From the NCBI GenBank assembly GCA_039194325.1, contig JBCCWC010000001.1:192001-256000 (forward strand): 64,000 bases of DNA, in the 5' to 3' direction. The notes under the pieces are model-generated. The model was not told where the DNA came from and searched no databases. It worked only from the letters and a program-made list of their open reading frames with translations. Positions 29,444 through 39,226 of this stretch are shown here, piece after piece. Both the position numbers and the translations under genes were made by a program. Position 1 is the stretch's first letter; the number at the start of each line of letters is the position of its first letter. This DNA comes from Myxococcota bacterium. Its GTDB lineage: Bacteria; Myxococcota_A; Polyangia; Nannocystales; Nannocystaceae.

Positions 29444-32400
29444 TCAGAGGATAGCCTGGACGGGGCGGACGCCCACGTAGCGGACGCGGAGGCGTGGGCG
29501 GTTCCCGTTGCGGTTGGCCGAGCGCGCGTAGCGAGCCTTGAAGTTGAAGCCGCCGCCGCGTAACACCCGGTTGGCATCGCCGACTGGTTGTCCTCTTAAA
29601 CCATCACTAGGCCGAACCGCAGTTCTGTAGCTCACGAACGCGTCCAGACACCACTCCCACACATTGCCGTGCATGTCATAGAGCCCAAACGCATTAGGCT
29701 CCTTCTTGCCCACCTCATGCAGTCGAAAATCTGAATTACCCAAGTACCATCCAACCCTTGCCAGCTCATCCTCGTAATCCCCCGAGTAATATCTCGTAGT
29801 TGTTCCGGCTCGACATGCATATTCCCATTGTGCTTCCGTGGGCAACGTCATGCCTGCCCACTCACAGTATTCCTTGGCGTCGTACCAAGAAACCCCCGTC
29901 ACTGGGTGGTCTGGCCATTCAGACAGGTCATCGCTCCAACCTGCAGGCTTGAACACCCCAGGATTTTCATCAAGAAATCGAGCATACTGCGCATTCGTCA
30001 CCGGCGTCTTTGCCAGGCGAAAGCTCATCAGCTCTACCCCGTGCCGTGGGTGCTCGTCGTCATCACCAACTCCCGCTGATGAACCCATGAGAAAACTTCC
30101 TGCCGGAATCTGCACTAGCTCTATACCGCTCTTGGATGATACAATAATCTGGCCACCGCTCTTGGCCTGTTCTCCACTTTCGTTCAAACGATCTTGACTC
30201 TGGTCATCCCGCTCTTCATTCACTCCATACGTGCTTGCACCTGGCTCATAAGGGAGCTTACCTACTTCCGAGCCATTAGAACTCAACATTGACCCATCAG
30301 CCAGACCTTCTTGTCCTTCTCCTTTGTCGGTTCGAACACGCAAAATCAGGCCACCAACGGCTAGACCACCAACCACGGTGCTGCCAACAACTACCTTACG
30401 ACGGCTCAACCACGGCCTCTTGTTCTCCGACCGGCCGTCGGATACTTCTGCGCGGCTCATCGGTTCATCAGGAAGCGCCTCCGCGGCAGCATCAGACTTT
30501 CGCGCCAATTGCTCTGGCTGCTCTGGCCCGCGCCGTGCAGCCGCCAACGCCACACGAAAGCGCGCTATAGTCTCGAATCGTTCGCCACTTCGCAGCGCCA
30601 CTGCTCGCTGCAGCACCACGAAGAGTGCAACTTCGCACCTCAGCCTGGCCAAGAACGCACTCCGTTCGAACATTACCGTCTGCGGCAGCCTCTTGCCATA
30701 GATACAGAATATTGCGGTCATCCCCAGACTGTAGATATCGACTCGATAATCTACTCGGCTCGCATCCTCGTTCTGCTCGGGTGCCGCGTAGATCACCGTC
30801 CCCAGCGCGCCCGTACGTGTACCCCCAGTTGTATCCGTGGTCTGCACCAGATCGAAATCCGTGAGGGCCGGCGTCCCGTCCTCGTGTAGCAGGATGTTTT
30901 GCGGCTTCACGTCCCGGTGCACCAATCCCCGTGAATGCGCAACCTCAAGAACACCCGCGATTTTCTCAACCACATCGAGCGCTTGCTCGGTGTCGATCTT
31001 CTTGCCGGCGATCGCTTGGTAGAGATCCCCACCAGCGACGTACTCCATCACGTAGTAGTAGAAACCTTGCTCCTCACCTTCCGGCACCAGCACCCGCACG
31101 ACATTCGGATGCTGGAGATCCGCCATCATCCGCGCCCCGCGAAATAGTCGCTCCCGACGGCTAGCGACCTGAGCGAACTGACCATGGAGCACCTTGATCG
31201 CCACGAACCGGCGTAGCTTTTTGTCGTAGGCCTTCCACACGGTGGCGAACCCGCCCTGGCCCACAACCTCGACGAGTCGAAAGCGACCGTCGCCTAGAAA
31301 CTCACCCGCGTGGAGCGTGGGCCCGTGCCGTTGCTCCCGGCGAAGATCGAGAATTTCCGCGTCTATCTGCGTCGTATCTGCACCCGCGAGCGTGAGCTCT
31401 TCGCGGTGCGAGTAAGCAGCATCGAGCCGTGCGGTGACCGAGCCCGGAGTCGGCGTAACACCATCTTCGATAGCCCACAGTCGCCCCCCCAACAGCCGCG
31501 TGTATAGAACCGGCATCCACCAGTCGTGATGATCGCGGATCCTTCCCCGAGCCACCGCCAGCGCGCGGTCGATCCGACCGTCACGTTGCAACTCGGTAAG
31601 GAGCACCGGCATCATGGCCTCCACTGTGGCCATGGTGATCAAACCCTGCATCGCGAGCACCGCAGGCGCTCCAGCCTCCGCCAGGCGACCCGCGAGCGTA
31701 GCCTGCGGCGTGGTGCCCAACCCGGCCACACTTGATGCTCCGTCACCCGCGCTCTGGCATGAGACCAGCACCACCAGTCGCGGTCGCTCCCGTAGCTCCT
31801 CGATGCGAACGGCGAGATCGTGGCCCTTCATCGCTTGGGCCACCCCCGTCTCGTCTTGCAAGATGAGCGCCGGGGCACCTGTACGGCGACCAAACATCCC
31901 ATGGCAGACGAGATAGAGAATGTCGACCCCATCGCGCAATGGCTCAAGTAGCCGATCTATGGTCAAGGGAGAACCCGGCCCTCCGAGGACGCGGATCTCG
32001 ATCCCATCGAGCGCCGCGCGAGCCCGCCCCACCTCGCCCTCGTAGTCCACCGGGGCAAGCTTCATACGCTGCAACGACTCGATGCTAGGCGCCGAGACAG
32101 CGACCACCGCGGTCAGCTCCGTCCGAGTCCGAAGCGCCACTGGTCGCGCATCGTGCGAGACCATGAAGCGGGACAGCACGACCCTCTCCGAGGTACTGAA
32201 AACCGCACCTGAGCGAGGATGACGCAACAGCTCCCAGCGCAGCCCATGCAGTTCCTGCGCCGAGGAATCGATGTACAGCAGGATCCGCAAGAAGCGATCC
32301 GACGCTTGCGCCGCCCTCTCCACCTCAAGGAACCGCCGTTCGACCTCTGGGTCGGCCAGCAGCTGTCTGGTGAGCGCCTTGCCGTAGTCTTCGTGAGCCC

Positions 32401-32557
32401 CCTTCAACTCCAACAGTACGTCCAGGTCGAACGCCACCTCACCACGCACAGGAGCAACCTGCGCCTGACTACGCGGGTCGCTATATGACAGCTCGACCCG
32501 GTAAGCCTGCGCGACCTTGTCGATCGCAATGCGCAGTGTGAAGTCGTCGTCCACCAC
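29444..32557 (-). CDS. CHAT-like + Ser/Thr kinase + TM + FGE-sulfatase (SUMF1/C-type lectin fold) protein
   Basis: LVCHG / VLVSCQS (caspase-like His/Cys); GQGGFATV, HRDVKPQN, DFD, APE; LPTEAQWEYACRAG, GLYDMHGNVWEW, RVLRGG. Confidence 0.92.
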   Translation of the reverse strand: MVDDDFTLRIAIDKVAQAYRVELSYSDPRSQAQVAPVRGEVAFDLDVLLELKGAHEDYGKALTRQLLADPEVERRFLEVERAAQASDRFLRILLYIDSSAQELHGLRWELLRHPRSGAVFSTSERVVLSRFMVSHDARPVALRTRTELTAVVAVSAPSIESLQRMKLAPVDYEGEVGRARAALDGIEIRVLGGPGSPLTIDRLLEPLRDGVDILYLVCHGMFGRRTGAPALILQDETGVAQAMKGHDLAVRIEELRERPRLVVLVSCQSAGDGASSVAGLGTTPQATLAGRLAEAGAPAVLAMQGLITMATVEAMMPVLLTELQRDGRIDRALAVARGRIRDHHDWWMPVLYTRLLGGRLWAIEDGVTPTPGSVTARLDAAYSHREELTLAGADTTQIDAEILDLRREQRHGPTLHAGEFLGDGRFRLVEVVGQGGFATVWKAYDKKLRRFVAIKVLHGQFAQVASRRERLFRGARMMADLQHPNVVRVLVPEGEEQGFYYYVMEYVAGGDLYQAIAGKKIDTEQALDVVEKIAGVLEVAHSRGLVHRDVKPQNILLHEDGTPALTDFDLVQTTDTTGGTRTGALGTVIYAAPEQNEDASRVDYRVDIYSLGMTAIFCIYGKRLPQTVMFERSAFLARLRCEVALFVVLQRAVALRSGERFETIARFRVALAAARRGPEQPEQLARKSDAAAEALPDEPMSRAEVSDGRSENKRPWLSRRKVVVGSTVVGGLAVGGLILRVRTDKGEGQEGLADGSMLSSNGSEVGKLPYEPGASTYGVNEERDDQSQDRLNESGEQAKSGGQIIVSSKSGIELVQIPAGSFLMGSSAGVGDDDEHPRHGVELMSFRLAKTPVTNAQYARFLDENPGVFKPAGWSDDLSEWPDHPVTGVSWYDAKEYCEWAGMTLPTEAQWEYACRAGTTTRYYSGDYEDELARVGWYLGNSDFRLHEVGKKEPNAFGLYDMHGNVWEWCLDAFVSYRTAVRPSDGLRGQPVGDANRVLRGGGFNFKARYARSANRNGNRPRLRVRYVGVRPVQAIL

Positions 32558-32674
32558 GGCTCTCCGTACTGCACTCCTTTTTCACCATGATGTTCGGCAA
32601 CCCGTCAAACGAGCCCGCGCGGGGCCCCGAAGCACCCTCCTCTGCCGCGCCTCTACCGCGCCGCCATCGCACCG

Positions 32675-35119
32675 CTACTGCGCGATCAGGGCCACCAAGC
32701 TCCGCGGTGCGACCCAGTACGACCCCTCGATCACCGGGCCATTGTCCTCCACGTACCCAAAATCCTCCCCTTGCTCACTCGTATCGATCGCCCGGATCCA
32801 GCTGGTCCCCGGCGGAGGCGCCGGAAGGGCGGCGAGGATCGAGCCCTCCCAGCCGTTGTAGGCGAAGTAGATCGACGCCGACGTGTCGCCCAGCTCATCC
32901 CCGTCGAGCTGCCAGGCGATGAAGTGGTTGCTGTCGCTGTCGAGATACCCGTCGTCGACGAAGTTCCCGTCGTCCTGGAACCACCGCACCTGGGTCAGGC
33001 CATCGCCGTCACCATCACCGAACGCCTCCCACGAGCTCGCGGGTCGTAGCGCGGCGTGGGCAGCCCGAAATGCCCACAGCCGTGTGTTGAACTCCGCGAG
33101 CACCTCGTCGTACTCGGGATCTCCCGGCCAGCGCAGCCAGTTGGCCTCACTATCGAGGTTGTACGGGTTGTTGTTGGCCCGCAGGCTACGGCCGTACTCG
33201 TCGCCGCCGTTGACCATCGGCACGCCGGCCGACACCGCGAGCAGGGCGGTCGCCGTCCGGGTGGCGGTGGCCTGCTGCACCGGGTCGCCCCCATGGTCCC
33301 ACGCAAGGTTGTAGGTCGACCCCCCGTCCGAGGGCCCGTAGGGCCAGGGCTGGTCGTTGTCCCGATCGTTGTAGCGAAACAGATCGTGCAGCGTGAACCC
33401 GTCGTGCGCGATGACGAAGTTGACCGACGCCGCCGGAGGGCGACCGGTCGCCTCGTAAATGTCGGGGCTCCCGCTGATCCGGCGAGCGAAAGTCCGCAGC
33501 GTGACCGTCTCCACCCCCAACCGGTTCAGATCGCGACGCATCGTGTCGCGATACTGGTCGTTCCACTCCGACCACCCCACCGGGAAATTGCCAACTTGAT
33601 AGGTACCGCCCACCGCTCCCCAGGGCTCGGCAATCAGATCCACCCCCTCACCCCCATCGGCATCACGCCCCAGCTCGGTGGCGATCCGCTCGGGCAGCGC
33701 AGGGTCATAGCTATAGCACCCCGCACTACAGCCGTTGGCCATCACCGAGGCCAGGTCGAAGCGATACCCATCGAACCCCAGCTGCTCGTGCCAGTAGCGC
33801 AGCGACGCGACCACCAGGTCGGCCACCATCGGCTCAGACGTATTGACGTCGGGCCCTACGCCGTTGCTGTTGATGTACTCGTCGGGCTCGTTGCCCAGCA
33901 CGTAGAACAGCGCATTGTCGAGACCACGCAACGAGAAGATCGTGGCCGCACCACCAGAGGCACCGCCCTCCGAGGTGTGATTATAGACGGCGTCCAGGTA
34001 CACCTTGATCCCCTCGGCATGGAACGCCTCCACCATGGCCCTAAGCTCCCGGGTGGGCCCGCCTGCCGAGCGATCGGCGGCGTAACGCCTGTCCGGAGCA
34101 AAATACGACAGCGTGGAGTACCCCCAGTAGTTGTCACCGCTAGCATCGGGGCTCAACTCGTTCTGATCGTTGGGCGTCTCGTGCAGGGGCAAGAACTCGA
34201 TGGCCGTGACCCCCAGCGCACTTAGCTGCGCCGCTTTACGCCCAGCCCCCGCATAGGTCCCGCGCTCGGCCTCGGGCACGGTGGGATCGGACATGGTCAG
34301 CCCCCGCAGGTGAACCTCGTAGACCACCTCATCGCGAAACGCACGCGTGGGTCCCGGGTCCACCGACGCGCACTCGATGACGACCCCTTTGGGCGCAGAG
34401 GGCCCCGAGTCACGCAGCCGGTTGTCCTCGTCGGTGCGAAACACCGACCAGTCGAGCTGCTCGGGGTTGACCGGATCGTGGCTCTGCTCGAGCGCATAGG
34501 GGTCGAGCAAGAGCTTGTTGGGATTCATGCGGTTGCCCCGATCGTCGACGTCGGCCACTCGACCGAGCTCGCTGCCCGGCGCCCACGCCTCGTCGTACTC
34601 CCAGTTGGGGCCCCACACCCGCAGGCCGTAGTAGAGATCGCCAGATAGCTCCGCCTCGGCGAGCGCCTCGGCCTCGACCCGCAGCTGCCAACGGCCATCG
34701 ACCTGCTCCATCGGCAGCCGCAACGCGTCGGCCTGCCCCAAAACCTCGGAGAAGAACGCGACCTCGATCCGGGTGGCCCGCAGCGCTTCGACCCGAACCT
34801 CCACAGCCCCATCGGAGAACCGCCGAGCACCCAGTGCAGGCCCGCACGCCCAGGGATCATCGGTCTCGACCCCACCCGATCCCGTGGTGTTCGCGGAATC
34901 CGACCCACTATCGGCATCCAGACCCGAGGAACCACCGGTCGCCTCACCAGACTCGCCCACCGGAATCGTGGTCGACGACATCGTCTCGCCCGTGGAGCCG
35001 GTGGCGGTGGAATCCGCCGAGCCTCCTCCGCCACAGCCGACCACCATCGACATCACAACCCAGCGCCCCGGGCTCCAGAGCTTCCCGAGTCCCCTGCTGA
35101 CCTCCCGCTCGTCCATCAC
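32675..35119 (-). CDS. GH13 isoamylase / glycogen-debranching enzyme, lipoprotein-type
   Basis: NPNKLLLDPYA, YEVHLRG, NYWGY, DAVYNHT, GYRFDLAS, IAEPW, AHDGFTL; N-terminal VVG-C and Ser/Thr/Gly linker. Confidence 0.92.
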   Translation of the reverse strand: MMDEREVSRGLGKLWSPGRWVVMSMVVGCGGGGSADSTATGSTGETMSSTTIPVGESGEATGGSSGLDADSGSDSANTTGSGGVETDDPWACGPALGARRFSDGAVEVRVEALRATRIEVAFFSEVLGQADALRLPMEQVDGRWQLRVEAEALAEAELSGDLYYGLRVWGPNWEYDEAWAPGSELGRVADVDDRGNRMNPNKLLLDPYALEQSHDPVNPEQLDWSVFRTDEDNRLRDSGPSAPKGVVIECASVDPGPTRAFRDEVVYEVHLRGLTMSDPTVPEAERGTYAGAGRKAAQLSALGVTAIEFLPLHETPNDQNELSPDASGDNYWGYSTLSYFAPDRRYAADRSAGGPTRELRAMVEAFHAEGIKVYLDAVYNHTSEGGASGGAATIFSLRGLDNALFYVLGNEPDEYINSNGVGPDVNTSEPMVADLVVASLRYWHEQLGFDGYRFDLASVMANGCSAGCYSYDPALPERIATELGRDADGGEGVDLIAEPWGAVGGTYQVGNFPVGWSEWNDQYRDTMRRDLNRLGVETVTLRTFARRISGSPDIYEATGRPPAASVNFVIAHDGFTLHDLFRYNDRDNDQPWPYGPSDGGSTYNLAWDHGGDPVQQATATRTATALLAVSAGVPMVNGGDEYGRSLRANNNPYNLDSEANWLRWPGDPEYDEVLAEFNTRLWAFRAAHAALRPASSWEAFGDGDGDGLTQVRWFQDDGNFVDDGYLDSDSNHFIAWQLDGDELGDTSASIYFAYNGWEGSILAALPAPPPGTSWIRAIDTSEQGEDFGYVEDNGPVIEGSYWVAPRSLVALIAQ

Positions 35120-35204
35120 GGGCGAACGTTAGGTCAGCGGATGCGATCCCGTCCAGCGATGACCCACTGCCATCAGAGTCGATCACCACCGACCATTCGT
35201 GGCA

Positions 35205-35365
35205 TTGGCCAAACCGAGGATCGGCGCTCACCCTCACCTCGGCCAATCCGAGGATCGGCCATCACCCGGTCCGGCCGAGTCCAAGATAGCCCCTCACCCT
35301 CGGCTCGGCCGAGCCGAGGGTGGGCCCTCATTCCCACCCTCGGGTTCGGCCGAGCCAAGGGGATG
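35205..35365. repeat. Cluster of degenerate palindromic (REP-like) units
   Basis: GGCCAAwCCGAGGATCGGC twice; perfect 28-bp palindrome CACCCTCGGCTCGGCCGAGCCGAGGGTG at 35295-35322. Confidence 0.7.
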
Positions 35366-35430
35366 GGACTCCAACGCTGGCACCCTCCAAGTACCCGCGC
35401 TGAACCCCGATCTCATCGCCCCCGGCAACC

Positions 35431-36927
35431 TCACGCCAAGATCTCGCTCAACACCGCGTTGGGCGTGCCGTTGCGATCATCGCCAAACGAGTCGACCCCC
35501 ACGTCGAAGTACTCGTTGAGGATCGTGTAATGAAGATCCCGTATCTGCCGATCATCAGGATACGCGGGCAGCACCACGTTCTGATCGTGCCGGAACGTGC
35601 TCCCGCCCCCGATCAGCACGATCGGCAGCTCGGCCGCGTCGTGGTCGTCGCTGTGCATGCCGCTGCCAAAGAGGATCAGCGTGTTATCCAGCATGGTCCC
35701 CTCCCCCTCGGGGATCGCGTCCAGCATCATCGCCAGCTCGGCGGTCTTCTGGGTCATCCACTGGGTAATGCTGGCATACGCGTTATTAAGCGGGTCGGCG
35801 TTGTGCTGCGCGCCATCATGGTAGTTGAGGCTGCCCTCGGATCCACCAAAATCCTCGATCGTCACGTGACTATAATTGAAGGCACTCCGCGCGTCATCCA
35901 GCATATAGCTGACCACCCGCGTCAGATCGCACTGAAACGCCATCGCGATCAGCTGATTGATGACGTCGGCGTGCGCCTCCCGCTGATACTCCACTCCATT
36001 GATCACCACGCCGTTCTGGCTGGCCTCGCCGACCAGCTCTTGGTCCGAATCAGACACATGAAAGGCAAGGCCGTCGTCGATCGGCACACACCCCGGCGTC
36101 ACGTTCCCCATGTCCATCTCCCCGGTGAGGATCTCCAGCTCGCGCACCCGGGTCTCGAACTGCTCGACCACGAGGGAGTCCGACCGGCTGAGCCTCTGCT
36201 TGAGCGCCGCACTCTCCACCAAGAACTCATCGAGAATACTCTCCCGAAACCGCGGATCGACGGGATCGGTGCCAGGGTCGCTCGGCTCGGCCCACGGGAT
36301 CAGCTCCTCGAAGATCTCGCGCGGGCTGATCACCCGCCGCAGCGGCTCGGTCGGATAGGCGCCGTCGCTGGCCCGCCACGAGATCGACTGGTTGTAGTGC
36401 CACGGCCGCCCGTCAAAGAACCCAGGGAGCGTGCCGAGCCCGACCTGCAACGAGTCGATCGGCGTCTCGAACCCACCCTGCTCGACCAGAACCTGATCGA
36501 CCGACACGCCGTTGCGCCAGTCGCTGGCGTCCGCATCTACACACGTCAGGTACGAGGCACTACAGCGCGCGTGGCTCGGCTCGACCTGCCGATTGTCCTG
36601 CATCGACGTGTAGTTCCCCAGGTTGCGAATGTGGGTGACCTTCGACTTGAGGGGCTGGAGCGGCGACAACACCGGCGAGAGCGACCACTGGTCGCCGACC
36701 CCGGACACATCGAGCCCAGTCCACCAGTGCCGAGACGCGCCGTTAGGAAAGTAGATCGGCAAGAACCGCTTGGCGGGCGCCCCCCCGGTCGCCGCGGAGC
36801 CTCGCGACGGCATGCTAGCCAAAAAGGGCAGCGCCAGGCAGGCCCCCGAGGACGCTCGCAGCACATTGCGCCGCGACATGAGCATGCGGCGGGCGTGTCG
36901 ACGCTTGATCTGCTTGTTGCGCTTCAT
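35431..36927 (-). CDS. DUF1552 family protein (Tat-like signal)
   Basis: SRRNVLR..LALPFLASM, YFPNG, SVDQV, AFQCDLTRV, MLDNTLILFGS. Confidence 0.9.
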   Translation of the reverse strand: MKRNKQIKRRHARRMLMSRRNVLRASSGACLALPFLASMPSRGSAATGGAPAKRFLPIYFPNGASRHWWTGLDVSGVGDQWSLSPVLSPLQPLKSKVTHIRNLGNYTSMQDNRQVEPSHARCSASYLTCVDADASDWRNGVSVDQVLVEQGGFETPIDSLQVGLGTLPGFFDGRPWHYNQSISWRASDGAYPTEPLRRVISPREIFEELIPWAEPSDPGTDPVDPRFRESILDEFLVESAALKQRLSRSDSLVVEQFETRVRELEILTGEMDMGNVTPGCVPIDDGLAFHVSDSDQELVGEASQNGVVINGVEYQREAHADVINQLIAMAFQCDLTRVVSYMLDDARSAFNYSHVTIEDFGGSEGSLNYHDGAQHNADPLNNAYASITQWMTQKTAELAMMLDAIPEGEGTMLDNTLILFGSGMHSDDHDAAELPIVLIGGGSTFRHDQNVVLPAYPDDRQIRDLHYTILNEYFDVGVDSFGDDRNGTPNAVLSEILA

Positions 36928-36930
36928 GAC

Positions 36931-38673
36931 TCAGTCCTCCTCCGCCTGACTGATCCCTCGACGGAACCGAAAGGCATCGCTGGTGACGACGAGCTTGACC
37001 AGGTCGCGGATCGACCCCACCCCCCAGTCCTCGCTGATCTCTTCGGCAAACTCCCGGTCGTCGCCCTGCGGCGGGCGCCGAAGCGCATAGGACAACACCT
37101 TCTCGCTCGGGCAGCGCATGAAGCCGGGCTCCAGGCTGACCTGCTCCGCGAGCTCGATGAGGCCCTCGATCGGCTGGCCGCGATAGTCCACCGCCGCGTC
37201 GATCTCATAGTCGTTGCGGTAGTGATCCCGCCAAGCGCCGATCGCGTCGTAGTTCTCGAGGCTCAGGCCGATCGGGTCGAGCAGCACGTGACACCCCGCG
37301 CACTCGGGAGACTTCCGGTGCTCCTCCAGGCGCTCGCGGATCGTCGGGAACTCGGTCTCGCCTCCTTCGTCGGACTCGTCGAGCTCGGGCACGTCGGGGG
37401 GGATCGCCAGCGTCGTGCACTGGAGCGACTCGAGCACGATCTTGCCCCGCAGCGTCGGCGCGGTGCGATCGGCCCGCGAGGTGTACGTCAAGAAGCCCGC
37501 GAGCCCCAGGTACCCGACCCGCGAGTCGGGGTAGTTATCGACACGAACGAGCTGCTCACCGCCGGCGGGCGGCTCCATGCCGTAGTGCGCGGCCAGCAAA
37601 GGCGTGACGTAGTTGATGTCGGCGGTCAGGAAGGACGACCAGGGCAGCTCGGCGTCGGTGAACTCCCGCAGGTAGGCCTCGATCTCGGCCCGCATGTCCT
37701 GCCCAAGAGCCGCCGACCACTGCGGATAGACCTCCGTGTCCACGGACAACGCCTTGGAATCGAGCAGCGGCAGGTGGACCCAGTCGTGCAGAAACCCGCG
37801 CTGGAATCGCTCGGCCCGCGGGTCGTCGAGCATACGGTCGACCTGGGCGAGCAAGACCTCGTCGTCGTGCAGCGCGTCGCTGGCCGCCAGCGACCGCAGC
37901 TCGTCGTCGGGTAGCGAGCTCCATAGAGTGTACGACAGACGATTGGCCAGCTCGAACGCACCCAGCCGGTGGGGCGTGGGGTCGTTGGGATCAGGGTCGA
38001 GCTCGATATGAAAGACGAAGTTGGGCGAGCTAAGGAACATGCGCACGAGGTGCTCGAGCGCACCGTCATGGGTCGCGCCGAAGCTCCGCGCATCGACGTA
38101 CCGCCCCTCGAGCCGCGAGATCTCCTCGGGCGTCAAGGGTCGGCGCCAGGCCGCGAGCCCAAAGGACTCGATCATCTCCACGGCACACGCGGTGTCCGAA
38201 TCGTCGACCGGCACACAATCGGTCACGCGACTACGCAGCGCCGGATCGGCGAAGACCTGCTCGGCCACGTCTTGGGCGTGCTCGATGTAGCCCTCGGCCA
38301 GATCGTCCGAGATGTCGCGCAGCAGATCGGCCTCGTTGGCAAACCCCACGCCGGTCCCTCCCCGGATGAAATCGGCGTCGGCAAACGTGCCCCCGAATAG
38401 ATCCGCGAGCGTGTTCTCGTACTCGGCTCGGGTCAGCCGGTGCAGCGCGATCCGACCGACGTCGTGCTCGGACGAGGGCCTGTCGTCGATCCCGCCGCCG
38501 CTCGAGTCTTCACCGCCCGAGTCTTCGCCGCCCGAGTCGGCCGCGGCGTGGTCAGCCGTGCCGCCGTAGCAGCCGAGACCAGTCGGCATGCCAATGTACA
38601 AGGCGACGAGCAACGCTCGTCTCGCGTCTAGAATCGACATCATGTCCGCTCCCGTCCGTCCGCTTGTGGACAT
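36931..38673 (-). CDS. DUF1592/DUF1588/DUF1595/DUF1587/DUF1585 family lipoprotein with heme motif
   Basis: HRLTRAEYENT, ELANRLSYTLWSSLPDDEL, TAPTLRGK, CAGCH..LDPIG.SLENYDAIG. Confidence 0.92.
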   Translation of the reverse strand: MSTSGRTGADMMSILDARRALLVALYIGMPTGLGCYGGTADHAAADSGGEDSGGEDSSGGGIDDRPSSEHDVGRIALHRLTRAEYENTLADLFGGTFADADFIRGGTGVGFANEADLLRDISDDLAEGYIEHAQDVAEQVFADPALRSRVTDCVPVDDSDTACAVEMIESFGLAAWRRPLTPEEISRLEGRYVDARSFGATHDGALEHLVRMFLSSPNFVFHIELDPDPNDPTPHRLGAFELANRLSYTLWSSLPDDELRSLAASDALHDDEVLLAQVDRMLDDPRAERFQRGFLHDWVHLPLLDSKALSVDTEVYPQWSAALGQDMRAEIEAYLREFTDAELPWSSFLTADINYVTPLLAAHYGMEPPAGGEQLVRVDNYPDSRVGYLGLAGFLTYTSRADRTAPTLRGKIVLESLQCTTLAIPPDVPELDESDEGGETEFPTIRERLEEHRKSPECAGCHVLLDPIGLSLENYDAIGAWRDHYRNDYEIDAAVDYRGQPIEGLIELAEQVSLEPGFMRCPSEKVLSYALRRPPQGDDREFAEEISEDWGVGSIRDLVKLVVTSDAFRFRRGISQAEED

Positions 38674-38883
38674 CGCACCGCAGTGGATCGTCCGCTCAAG
38701 GGAGTCACTGCACGCGCCGTGCCTACTTGGCCGGCCACGCCCGCTCTTGTTCCCCCGGCGTCCGAGAACGGCTCAGGGTTTCGCCGATCTAATTTCTCGG
38801 GCCGGGTGACGTGCCTGCCCACCATGACGGCAAAACGCCGCCGCACCTGGGGACGCTCAGCCTCACCGCTCGGAATTAGACCT

Positions 38884-39186
38884 TGTTGGGGTCAGCTAAC
38901 CCCAACAGCCCCAATGATTAGGGCCCTTGGGGTCAACTGGCCCCAACGATGCCCAATCTTTAGGCTCCGCCGACGTCACCGACCCCCCCAACGCCCAATC
39001 TTTAGGCTCCGCAGACGTCACCGACCCCCCCGACGCCCAATCTTTAGGCTTTGCAGACGTCACCGACCCCTCCGACGCCCAATCTTTAGGCTCCGCCGAG
39101 GTCACCGACCCCCCCGACGCCCAATCTTTGGGCTCCGCAGACGTCACCGACCCCCCCAACGCCCAAGCTTTAGGCTCTGCCGAGCC
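38884..39186. repeat. Two TTGGGG..CCCCAA hairpins followed by a 42-bp tandem repeat (~5.6 copies)
   Basis: Units starting GCCCAA at 38951, 38993, 39035, 39077, 39119, 39161; consensus GCCCAATCTTTAGGCTCCGCmGACGTCACCGACCCCCCCrAC. Confidence 0.95.
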
Positions 39187-39226
39187 GCACCCCTCGATGC
39201 CACCCCGAAACGCCGCAGACTCCGAC

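Noticed and set aside
29444..30130. FGE domain as the maturase for the arylsulfatase at 5047-6828
   Set aside because: It lacks the catalytic Cys motif (reads RGGGF) and is fused to a kinase; more likely a binding domain
35530..37914. 794-aa plus-strand ORF and other long antisense ORFs (e.g. 6091-7533, 40205-41590, 33056-34225)
   Set aside because: Shadow ORFs opposite well-supported genes, expected in high-GC DNA; no recognisable motifs
38951..39186. CRISPR array
   Set aside because: Units are contiguous 42-bp tandem copies with no unique spacers, and no cas genes are in the window
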